Source: Nitrososphaerota archaeon
GTDB lineage: Archaea > Thermoproteota > Nitrososphaeria_A > Caldarchaeales > Calditenuaceae
Length of the DNA stretch: 64,000 nucleotides
Direction of reading: 5' to 3'
Assembly: GCA_038845265.1 (NCBI GenBank)
Contig: JAWBQR010000003.1
Span: forward strand, 89,337 to 153,336
Both the position numbers and the translations under genes were made by a program. Shown piece by piece: positions 1 through 8,263 of this stretch (within the stretch, counting starts at the first letter, position 1; every line of letters begins with the position of its first letter). Below the pieces are notes generated by a model. It did not search any database. It had not been told where the DNA came from and saw nothing but the letters and a program-made list of their open reading frames with translations.

Positions 1-629
1 ACACGACGCTTATACCTCCTTCCCCTCCGCTTGCCCTTACCAGACCTCACCTTCCTCTCCCTGCACCTCTCCAACTCTTCTCCAAGCCCAAGACGCACCA
101 AGAAGTCGACCAAGTCCTTCGCCCTCGAGACACGCTCAATCTCATCCACAACAACGATCGGAACATCCAGGCCATCCGGGACTCGATGCCCCCTCTTCCT
201 AACCCATTCAAGATTAGCAGTAAATGCAAGCGCAGAAAAAAGCGCCGACCTCCTCTCCTTATCATTCACATCCTTATGAATCCGCTTCTCAGGAACAGGA
301 GGATGCGTCGGCCTCCCACCGACCGCAGTAGGGACAAACCCACCCGCATTACTCTTACCCGTACCAGTCACCCTCAGCCTAGAAATCCTCGCCAAGCCAT
401 AACCAGCACCAAGAGACTCAACAGAATACTTATGCCCAGAACCCCTCCACGCACCTTTAGGCTGAACCCGATGAGAAAAGAGAGCATTAAAGACCCTCTG
501 CACAAGCAATGGCCTAAGAGGAGCATTAAAGACCCGGGGAAGAATCGTCCTGCCCTTCTCCACCCCATCTAAGCCGTAGACCCTGACCTCTCTCGGCTCA
601 GAGACGCTGATACGCGTTAAGATACTCAT
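1..629 (-). CDS. rpl4: 50S ribosomal protein L4 (uL4), runs off the window edge
   Basis: Not in the ORF track; manual translation from ATG at 629 (ATGA overlap with rpl3 stop): MSILTRISV...GHKYSVESLGAGYGLARISR...AVGGRPTHPPVPEKRIHKDVNDKERRSAL...RGHRVP, typical archaeal L4; follows rpl3. Confidence 0.95.
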   Translation of the reverse strand, partial: MSILTRISVSEPREVRVYGLDGVEKGRTILPRVFNAPLRPLLVQRVFNALFSHRVQPKGAWRGSGHKYSVESLGAGYGLARISRLRVTGTGKSNAGGFVPTAVGGRPTHPPVPEKRIHKDVNDKERRSALFSALAFTANLEWVRKRGHRVPDGLDVPIVVVDEIERVSRAKDLVDFLVRLGLGEELERCRERKVRSGKGKRRGRRYKRR

Positions 630-1624
630 GATGCAAGCACCTCTCCTCCATAAATGTACGAGACGATCTTTGGCGGACTCACCGAATGGCTGGGTGGCTT
701 CGCAGGCATCCTGAGCACAACCGGTCTCTTAGGAGTGCCGAAAACTGATCCAAGTACCACGATGCATGGGGACTTCAGAACTGTGAAGTGCTTGAACCCG
801 CCGCTCGGAGTCAGCTTGGCGCCGTCGTCAATCACGGCCATCACTCTTTTGTTGAACTCTGTTCTCCTATGATAACCCATCTGCCCAGCACGGGGGACAA
901 ATCTGGTGACATAAGTAGGTTTCCGCCCACCGATTGCGCCGACCGCTCTACGAGTCTTTCTCTGCTTTCTTGGGAGAATCTTAACGCCAAATCTCTTTAC
1001 AACGCCCTCGAATCCATGTCCCTTTGTGACGCCTATGACGTCTACGTATAATCCAGGAGTAAACACTTCTGAGGCACTTATCTTACTCCCAAGCTTAGAC
1101 ATAACGTATTCAAGGGCTGAACGTACCTCTCCACCGACCTTGATTTCAAGGAGGAATGGGCGTTTCTGTGATAAGCCCGCCTCGCTTGGGAATGATGCGA
1201 CAATTGCTCTTACCTCTACTGCCTTGTCAAGTAGGCTTTTAATCTCTTCTTTACCAGCGCCGGGAGATATGCCCCTGACTTTCTTGAGTAATGCTTCTGG
1301 CAGATTATCTGCATACATTCTTCCAAGCTCGATTAGATTGCCGTTTTCCTCGCCCATTAAGACCACGCCTATGATGTACATTGGTGGTGCAGCCAAGACA
1401 GTCGCAGCCGTCTGCACCTCAGTTCCGAATGTAGGAGAGCCTGGCAGATCATCTACATAATGCAAAGTTAACGTACCTGCTTTATATGCAATGAATCCCA
1501 TTAGCCCCTTTACACCATCTCTACTTGGCCAGTACCTTACGCTTGGAAGCAGTTCTTTAGCCCTCTTCCTCGGGCTATATGCTAATGACCCATGCCTCGG
1601 TGCCGAGTATTTCCTATGTCCCAT
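626..1624 (-). CDS. rpl3: 50S ribosomal protein L3 (uL3)
   Basis: MGHRKYSAPRHGSLAYSPRKRA N-terminus; DVIGVTKGHGFEGVVKRFG; VPRAGQMGYHRRTE. Confidence 0.98.
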   Translation of the reverse strand: MGHRKYSAPRHGSLAYSPRKRAKELLPSVRYWPSRDGVKGLMGFIAYKAGTLTLHYVDDLPGSPTFGTEVQTAATVLAAPPMYIIGVVLMGEENGNLIELGRMYADNLPEALLKKVRGISPGAGKEEIKSLLDKAVEVRAIVASFPSEAGLSQKRPFLLEIKVGGEVRSALEYVMSKLGSKISASEVFTPGLYVDVIGVTKGHGFEGVVKRFGVKILPRKQRKTRRAVGAIGGRKPTYVTRFVPRAGQMGYHRRTEFNKRVMAVIDDGAKLTPSGGFKHFTVLKSPCIVVLGSVFGTPKRPVVLRMPAKPPSHSVSPPKIVSYIYGGEVLAS

Positions 1625-1696
1625 CCAGCATCACTATGATTAGCTGAGAGCAAAAGTTCTTTCAAAGTTATAAACCTAATCTATAGTGATGACTGG
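1625..1696. repeat. Imperfect 19-bp inverted repeat flanking the putative rpl3 promoter
   Basis: Left arm CCAG-CATCACTAT-GATTAG (1625-1643); right arm CTAATC-T-ATAGTGATG-A-CTGG (1676-1696); 19 complementary pairs with two 1-nt bulges; TATA-like TTTATAA on minus strand at 1668-1674 inside the loop. Confidence 0.7.
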
Positions 1697-1833
1697 GACG
1701 AATAGTGAGGATTAGTGAGCTATGCCTGGTTTTTATTTGTGTAATTATTTAGTGTGAATAGTTTCTCTTTCTTATAAGTCTTTTTGTTGAGAAAACTAAA
1801 TTAGCAGAGCAAGAGATGAATAATTTTGGTTAG

Positions 1834-2121
1834 ATGTCTGAGCAGACTCAAAGGACCACCATCGTCAGATTAGTATTAGATGTATTAAAGCCCCATAATC
1901 CAAACATTATTGATTTCAGTAGAAGTATTGCCCAAATCAGAGGAATAAGAAGAGTAGATGCATCGGTTATAGAGGTTGATGTGGAGACGGAGACAATTAA
2001 ATTGATAATAGAAGGAAGTGAATTAGATGTCTCAAAAATCGAGGAGGTAATTAAAAAATTGGGAGCAGCAATTCATAGCATAGATGCTGTAGTAATAGAG
2101 AAATCTGATGTAAAGAAATGA
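1834..2121 (+). CDS. DUF211-family protein
   Basis: RLVLDVLKPH-P and GAAIHSID motifs; usual pairing with the downstream membrane protein. Confidence 0.9.
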   Translation: MSEQTQRTTIVRLVLDVLKPHNPNIIDFSRSIAQIRGIRRVDASVIEVDVETETIKLIIEGSELDVSKIEEVIKKLGAAIHSIDAVVIEKSDVKK

Positions 2122-2135
2122 TGTGGATACTTTAA

Positions 2136-2738
2136 ATGTTGTTAGAGAAACTTGTTCGTCGCATCAGGTTGATAATGAGTCTGACGGAAACAAGTGGAAT
2201 AGCTAGACGTTACTTTGCACTTAATGCTTTCGATGGCGCGCTGATCGGACTGGGCGCAATCTTTGGTTTTTATATTTCGGGGATGTATGACTACAGAGTA
2301 GTCCTTTTGACAATAATGGCGATAGCTGTTGGGTCGGCAATCTCTGGTTTTTCCGGTGCCTTTATATCAGAAAAACTTGAGCAAGAGGCTAGGGTAAAGC
2401 GACTTGAGGAGGCCATTCTTACTAATCTTAAGGATAGCATTCATTACCAAGCAAGTTTAACAAGTTCTATTATAGTTTCCATAATTAATGGTGTTAGTTC
2501 ATTGATTTCTATTTTTAGTGTCTCTGCTCCATATGTTATTTGTATCTACTTATCACTAAGTGAGGTTGTTGGAATATTAAGCTCCATAACGGCATTTTTT
2601 GCCGTGCTAACCATATTGGGATATTTTTTCGGAAGAGAACTGAAGATAAGGACGATAAGTGTTGTTTCAAGAATTTTATTAGTTGGAATAGTAGCAATAG
2701 TTATTTACTTTTTAATTGAGTTAGTATTTCGGCTTTAG
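2136..2738 (+). CDS. VIT1/CCC1-like membrane protein (TIGR00267-type)
   Basis: IARRYFALNAFDGAL motif, several TM helices, GAFISEKLEQE linker; follows DUF211 gene. Confidence 0.8.
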   Translation: MLLEKLVRRIRLIMSLTETSGIARRYFALNAFDGALIGLGAIFGFYISGMYDYRVVLLTIMAIAVGSAISGFSGAFISEKLEQEARVKRLEEAILTNLKDSIHYQASLTSSIIVSIINGVSSLISIFSVSAPYVICIYLSLSEVVGILSSITAFFAVLTILGYFFGRELKIRTISVVSRILLVGIVAIVIYFLIELVFRL

Positions 2739-3752
2739 GCTCAATAATTCTTCTGGCCGATGTATTCCCACTTCCGTTATTATTCTTGTAATGAGTTCGG
2801 GTGGAGTTATGTCGAATGCATAATTTATAGCTCTTGCCTTTCGTGGTGTTATTCTTTTTCCAGCAAAATATAAAACTTCATTTGGATTACGTTCTTCTAT
2901 GATGACCTCATCTATGGTTTTATCAAAATCTATTGTACTTGTTGGGGCTGCTACGTAGAGTGGGATTTTGTAGTAGTTAGCGGATATTGCTAATTCTAAT
3001 GTACCTACCTTGTTTATAACGTGTCCTGTCTTAGCAATAATTCTGTCTGCTCCTACGACTATGCAGTTCACAAGGCCTCTACTCATAAGAAATGGCGCCA
3101 TGTTATCTGTTATGACCCTATATTCTATTTTGGCGGTTTCTAGCTCATATGCAGTCAGACGCGCACCCTGCAGCTTAGGCCTAGTCTCCGGCACGATGAC
3201 TGATATTTTCTTTCCCATCTCTACTGCTGCTTTTATCACGCCCAATGCTGTCCCGTACCCAGCAGTTGCTAGAGCACCTGCATTGCAGTAGGTCATGACC
3301 ACCCCCCTATCAGGTAAAAGCCTAGCCCCGTTCTGACCAATTTTTCGATTCATCTCAACATCCTCCATAGATATTTTTTCCGCCTCCAACAATACTGTTT
3401 TAGCTACATCATCGTTCTTTATCCATGCTGATTCCGCGGCTTTGAGCACTCTATCAATGGCCCAATATAGATTAACCGCTGTGGGTCTTGTCTTTCTTAA
3501 AATATTCGCTGCCTTTTGGAGTGATTTGAGTACGTCTTTCTTATTTTTTCTAGCATGGACTGCTGCAAGGGCTAATCCATATGCAGCGGCTACTCCAATC
3601 GCTGGAGCACCTCTCACCGTCATGTCTCTTATGGCCTTTGCGACTTCAAGATAATTTTTACATCTCACATATCTCAGCTTATGCGGAAGTACCTTTTGAT
3701 CTATTAGGTATAGTGAGTTATTCCGCCAGTATAAGGTTCTTAGCTCTCTCAA
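2721..3752 (-). CDS. mtnA: S-methyl-5-thioribose-1-phosphate isomerase (eIF2B-related family)
   Basis: LIDQKVLP, VRGAPAIG, TRPTAVNL, CNAGALAT, ETRP, GADRI, NKVGT, AFDITP motifs. Confidence 0.92.
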   Translation of the reverse strand: MRELRTLYWRNNSLYLIDQKVLPHKLRYVRCKNYLEVAKAIRDMTVRGAPAIGVAAAYGLALAAVHARKNKKDVLKSLQKAANILRKTRPTAVNLYWAIDRVLKAAESAWIKNDDVAKTVLLEAEKISMEDVEMNRKIGQNGARLLPDRGVVMTYCNAGALATAGYGTALGVIKAAVEMGKKISVIVPETRPKLQGARLTAYELETAKIEYRVITDNMAPFLMSRGLVNCIVVGADRIIAKTGHVINKVGTLELAISANYYKIPLYVAAPTSTIDFDKTIDEVIIEERNPNEVLYFAGKRITPRKARAINYAFDITPPELITRIITEVGIHRPEELLSLKPKY

Positions 3753-3784
3753 TTCAATTATGTGTTTAATGAGCGAAATTTAAG

Positions 3785-4762
3785 CTATAGCCCGTACTCG
3801 CTAAGGATGTCTGATACACATATTGCTTTCTTTGTATTTATTGATTGGAGGATGGCCTCCGCCACAGCCGTGGCCCTAGCACCTTCTAGACACCCCGGAG
3901 ATAAATCCTCGTTTTTTCTTAAAGAGGCTACAAAATATTTCAACTCGTTTTTTAGAGGTTCTGAGTTTGGCGTCATTGGCATATAAGTTCCCTCCGATTT
4001 TTCTATGACTACCTCTCGACTTAGAAATTCTAAGTGAATTACACCTTCGGTCCCCGTGATTCGGAGGTCTCTTTTTTTCCGTGGCGTCAGCCAGTTAGCC
4101 TCAATGATGGCAGATCTCTCCTCCTTAAAGGTGATTAATGCCTGTATATAGTCTTCGTTAGAATGTCTCAGAGAGCCTCCAGCAGCGTATACAAAGATGG
4201 GCTGAGGACCGAAAAAATACATCGATAAGTCGATATCATGTATTGATGTATCCTTTAATACTCCAATATCACCAATTCTCTCTGGCCATGGGCCGATTCT
4301 CCGTCCATAGATAAGTAGTGGTCTTCCAATTATACCACTCTCTAAAGAATCTTTTGCGACCTCCACTGCAGGATTAAATCTCTCTATAAATCCAACCATA
4401 AGACGCCTACCAGACGATTTAACAGCATCGATGACTCTGATTGATTCATTAAGCGAGGATGCCATCGGCTTCTCCACAAATACGTCCTTACCCATCAACA
4501 GTGCATTAATGCTGATCTCGGCATGGGTGTTGGAAGGGGTACAAATTGTCACCGCGTCTACATCATCGCTCCGAAGGATGTCAAGATAGTTCTGAAATAT
4601 TTTTGACACACCATATCTCTTAGCAATGTTTTTTGCACGTTCAAGATTTATATCGCACACCGCAGTCAAAGTAGCTCCCTCAAGCTCGGAAATTACCCTC
4701 GCATGATTAGCGCCCCAAAAACCTGTCCCAATGATGCCTATCCTGATGGGGCCGCTGTCCAT
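3785..4762 (-). CDS. Gfo/Idh/MocA oxidoreductase, probably nucleotide-sugar 3-dehydrogenase
   Basis: GIIGTGFWG Rossmann motif, VEKPMA, VGFIERFNP, DTSIHDID; glycosylation context. Confidence 0.85.
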   Translation of the reverse strand: MDSGPIRIGIIGTGFWGANHARVISELEGATLTAVCDINLERAKNIAKRYGVSKIFQNYLDILRSDDVDAVTICTPSNTHAEISINALLMGKDVFVEKPMASSLNESIRVIDAVKSSGRRLMVGFIERFNPAVEVAKDSLESGIIGRPLLIYGRRIGPWPERIGDIGVLKDTSIHDIDLSMYFFGPQPIFVYAAGGSLRHSNEDYIQALITFKEERSAIIEANWLTPRKKRDLRITGTEGVIHLEFLSREVVIEKSEGTYMPMTPNSEPLKNELKYFVASLRKNEDLSPGCLEGARATAVAEAILQSINTKKAICVSDILSEYGL

Positions 4763-4765
4763 TTT

Positions 4766-5890
4766 TTACTCACCAACTCCTACGTAGTCGCAGAGATTAA
4801 TCACTACGACGCTCTTCCCCATAATAGACTTTACAGTATTTGCTACATATTTATTCCTAGTCGTTAATAAGACCACATCACATTTACCAGCATATGTCTT
4901 TATTCTTTCTTCAAACACCTCGGGCTTTGACCTTTGAAGTTGATGAATCACAAACTTCCTTGAAGAGAGCTCGCTCAATATTTTCAATCCATCCCCGACC
5001 ACGAGTATTCTAAGCCTCTCCCTGCCTTTTCTAAGCCCATCCAGCAAATTTATGAGGTCCATCTCAGCCATCCTTGACATTCTATGAAGAGTCCGCATGA
5101 TGCCTTTTCCCATCAAGAAATTTGACTCAACACTATCAATTATTTTGAGAACTGGATGCCCACGCCTCGCTATAAAAGAAAGCCTAACACCCCTACCAAG
5201 AAGACCCTTCAAGACTGCCTTAGGTGAGACCGATAATCTCCTAGTCAATAGGAGACTCTCGACTGTAGAAATTTCTATAGATAATTTCCTAATAAGTAGA
5301 CTAATTGACGCGATCTCAGCCTCCAAGAGACTTAGACCGGAGACTATTCGTTTTCCATCAACAATAGCCCTTACAATCTGAGCAGAACCCTTTGTTAGCC
5401 TCCCACCGACCGGTATACGGCCATCCAGCAGCAACGGCAATGGAAGATAAAGGAGAGTCCCGCCAGACGATGCGTCAAGATCAACCTCTCTCGTGACGAA
5501 TTTAAAGAGTCTATCCATGAAGCCGGGAAAAGTAAGCCCAGTAACTATAATGGTCCCCCCTCTATGAAAATTCTTTGCAACACTTTGGACCAGTCTTAAC
5601 ACGTCCATGTCTTTAAGATCGTTTCTCAACCCAGCCACGTATGAAATCAATAATGTCCCAGTTGTCCCAGCATCAATGTATCTGTTTGACTGTCTAAGTC
5701 TATTGCTATTTATTGAGTCCGCGATAAGCCTCACATAAGCAGGACTCAAGCATCTTTCCGCTAGACGCGTTATTCTATATTCTCCACCTATAGAGTAGTA
5801 CGTAACAGTGAAATCTTTCTTCAATAGCTTTATGGTTGGATATATCCCAGCACCATCAATATCTAATACCTCGACCACTCTTCTCTTCAT
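4766..5890 (-). CDS. Divergent UDP-glucose/GDP-mannose dehydrogenase-like protein, probably catalytically degenerate
   Basis: Start set to ATG 5890 (ATGA overlap with upstream gene); TIIVTGLTFPGFM and LEAEIASISLLIRKLSIEISTVESLLLTRRLSV resemble the family scaffold, but GxGxxG and the catalytic GGxC are absent. Confidence 0.55.
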   Translation of the reverse strand: MKRRVVEVLDIDGAGIYPTIKLLKKDFTVTYYSIGGEYRITRLAERCLSPAYVRLIADSINSNRLRQSNRYIDAGTTGTLLISYVAGLRNDLKDMDVLRLVQSVAKNFHRGGTIIVTGLTFPGFMDRLFKFVTREVDLDASSGGTLLYLPLPLLLDGRIPVGGRLTKGSAQIVRAIVDGKRIVSGLSLLEAEIASISLLIRKLSIEISTVESLLLTRRLSVSPKAVLKGLLGRGVRLSFIARRGHPVLKIIDSVESNFLMGKGIMRTLHRMSRMAEMDLINLLDGLRKGRERLRILVVGDGLKILSELSSRKFVIHQLQRSKPEVFEERIKTYAGKCDVVLLTTRNKYVANTVKSIMGKSVVVINLCDYVGVGE

Positions 5891-6123
5891 TTCTCTCTCC
5901 TCGTTAAAACTCTGTAAAACCAGTAGTAAGCGAGCGCAGCCCACCAGGCAAGCCATAATCCAAACAGCAACAGCGATGCAGCGACCCTCATTATGCTTGC
6001 CATTAGGTTTTCATAGACACCGCTAATTATTGGAAGAACGATAAAGCCGATAACTGCCAAGACAGCGATGAATGAGACCCAAATGATCGATATAAGGAGA
6101 ATCGTGAAAAAGAGCGTTCTCAA
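5887..6123 (-). CDS. Small two-TM hypothetical membrane protein
   Basis: Two hydrophobic helices; tightly packed between aglH-like gene and the dehydrogenase-like gene. Confidence 0.7.
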   Translation of the reverse strand: MRTLFFTILLISIIWVSFIAVLAVIGFIVLPIISGVYENLMASIMRVAASLLLFGLWLAWWAALAYYWFYRVLTRREK

Positions 6124-6127
6124 AGAG

Positions 6128-7111
6128 TCAAACCACCTGGTCGATGAACTGAGTCAAGACGGCAAGTATCGAGGAGTATAAGCAGACTATTCCCATGTAG
6201 ATGGCGATCTGAACCTCGCTTCTAGGCCTATCAGCTGCAAGCATTCTGACTAATGTGAGAGGAGCGGCTGGGCTTAGATTTGACAATATTAAGTTGCCTG
6301 AGACCTTAATAGGTCTAGTAATGACTTGTTTACCTGATTTAAGGCCCCTCAATGAGACAAGGACATAAAACTCATTCATTATATGTGGAATTAAGGCAAT
6401 GATTGCCACTACTTCAAGCCTAGAGGTGATAGCGATTCCAGCAATAACCGCTCCTATCAAGTTGCTGCCAGCGTTTCCACTAAATGCCCTCGCAGGGCAC
6501 CAGTTGTATTTCAGGAAACCCAGCATAGAGGCGACAAGAATCATTGCCATCAATGAGACATCTGTTTTATTATTCATTATTGATAGTCCTGCCAACGTTA
6601 ATAGTGGTGGAAGACTTGTAAGGACAAGTGATCCGTTGACGACGTCTAGACTATTAACAGCGTTCGTTACGATTGTATAGGCAACTAACACAAGTAATGG
6701 ATAGAGTATCGTGATTCTGACCTGTCCTATGAACGGAAGGATCGGCCTAGGTTCATAGAGCCCGAGAAACACTATGGGAAGACCCGGCAATATGAGCAAT
6801 AATGGTTTTAGGATCGGGTTTAGTTCTCTAAAATCCTCAATTAATCCTATGATTGCAGCTATTGCAGGCGCTATTAAAAAAGGTACGATAAGGTCGTTTC
6901 TTGATAATATGAGGAATATTCCTGAAGCTGCTAGGTAAGTGATTACTATTGCGAGACCCCCTATGCGGGGAACTAAGGGGTGTCCGGGCTTATGCACATC
7001 TCTACCCAGTATTCCCCGTGAAAAAGAGAACTTGATAATTAATTTAGTTAATAATAGAGATGAGATAAATGAGAGAAGGAATAAGCCCGCGAGTAGTATG
7101 ATGTTCTCCAT
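6128..7111 (-). CDS. aglH: UDP-GlcNAc:dolichyl-phosphate GlcNAc-1-phosphate transferase (MraY/DPAGT1 family)
   Basis: GRDVHKPGHPLVPRIGG, IGLIEDF, NAVNSLDVVNG, FLKYNWCPARAFSGNAG motifs; polytopic membrane protein. Confidence 0.8.
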   Translation of the reverse strand: MENIILLAGLFLLSFISSLLLTKLIIKFSFSRGILGRDVHKPGHPLVPRIGGLAIVITYLAASGIFLILSRNDLIVPFLIAPAIAAIIGLIEDFRELNPILKPLLLILPGLPIVFLGLYEPRPILPFIGQVRITILYPLLVLVAYTIVTNAVNSLDVVNGSLVLTSLPPLLTLAGLSIMNNKTDVSLMAMILVASMLGFLKYNWCPARAFSGNAGSNLIGAVIAGIAITSRLEVVAIIALIPHIMNEFYVLVSLRGLKSGKQVITRPIKVSGNLILSNLSPAAPLTLVRMLAADRPRSEVQIAIYMGIVCLYSSILAVLTQFIDQVV

Positions 7112-7210
7112 GCATTATCCCATCTAAGATTGGCTTAATATATGGTTAATTCTAATATCTTGATAAGCATTGCGGATGCCATTAATCTTAATGATAGGAG
7201 GAGTGAATAA

Positions 7211-8263
7211 ATGGACGTTTGGGTAGACATCCTCACACCGAAACAAGTATTGTATTTCTGGCCAGTCGTAGAAAAACTTAGAGACAAGGGCCATGAAGTA
7301 TTAGTTACCGCACGGAGGTATGAACAGCTTGACTGGCTGATCAGCAGAATTAATCTGGATATAAAGGTAATAGGCGAGTTTGGAGGAGAGACACTATACG
7401 GCAAGCTCCTATCAAGTACTAGGAGACAACTCGAACTACTAGAATTATTCAGAGAAGATAAGCCTAGAATTGTATTATCGAGCGGCTCAATAGAAGCCTC
7501 CAGGATTTCATATGGATTGGGAGCGCGGCATATATTGGCTTCAGACACTGTTCACTCACCAGTGAATAGAATATGTGTTCCACTATCTGAATTAATCCTG
7601 ACTCCACGCTTTATTCCAATAAAGGAGTGGCTGAGATATGGTGCAAAAAAAGGAATGATTAAGAGATATAGATCTCTCGATCCAGTCGCATGGATGAAGA
7701 GAATAAGTACTTTTCAGGAATCTTATATGGAAATTGACTTGCCGGAAAATTATATATTGGTAAGGACGCCGGAGAGTAAGGCATCATACATTCTTGGTAA
7801 AGGACTAGAGGAGGTAATTAAACTAATTAACATTATTACAAAACTTGAAGAATACAGCATAGTAGTGTTGACAAGATACAGAGAAGAAGCTAACCTTATT
7901 AGAGAAAAATTGCCCAAAGGCATAATTATAATTGAGAAGCCTATATTAGCTATTCCATTAATTAAAAAAGCGAGCCTTGTTTTATCAGGAGGCGGAACAA
8001 TGACTCAAGAAGCAGCGCTCCTAGGTAAACCTACAATAATGTTTTATCCTGGAAAACTTCCAGCCGTGCATAGATTCCTAGCTAGGTTAGGACTAATAAA
8101 GAGGATTCCACCAAGCATGCTTCATAGGGTTCCCTATATTGCTGCTCAACTATTATCCGAAAAATCGAAAAGTAAACTCGCCGCAAAAGCTGAAAAATTA
8201 ATGAGGACACTCGAAGACCCAGCTGAGTTTATTTATCGATATGTTAATTCACTTCTGACATAA
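7211..8263 (+). CDS. DUF354-family protein (GT-B fold glycosyltransferase-like)
   Basis: WVDILTPKQ, VLVTARRY, GGGTMTQEAALLGKPTI motifs. Confidence 0.85.
   Translation: MDVWVDILTPKQVLYFWPVVEKLRDKGHEVLVTARRYEQLDWLISRINLDIKVIGEFGGETLYGKLLSSTRRQLELLELFREDKPRIVLSSGSIEASRISYGLGARHILASDTVHSPVNRICVPLSELILTPRFIPIKEWLRYGAKKGMIKRYRSLDPVAWMKRISTFQESYMEIDLPENYILVRTPESKASYILGKGLEEVIKLINIITKLEEYSIVVLTRYREEANLIREKLPKGIIIIEKPILAIPLIKKASLVLSGGGTMTQEAALLGKPTIMFYPGKLPAVHRFLARLGLIKRIPPSMLHRVPYIAAQLLSEKSKSKLAAKAEKLMRTLEDPAEFIYRYVNSLLT

Noticed and set aside
482-535. 15-bp direct repeat GAGCATTAAAGACCC at 482 and 521
   Set aside because: Only two copies, in frame inside rpl4 (RVFNA twice); not a CRISPR or mobile-element repeat
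31-572. Track ORFs 31..279, 47..265, 186..572 and 374..568
   Set aside because: Shadow frames of rpl4, which the track missed because it runs off the window
1686-1730. Possible C/D-box sRNA starting at GTGATGA
   Set aside because: No proper CTGA D box or C'/D' pair; better explained as an arm of the inverted repeat
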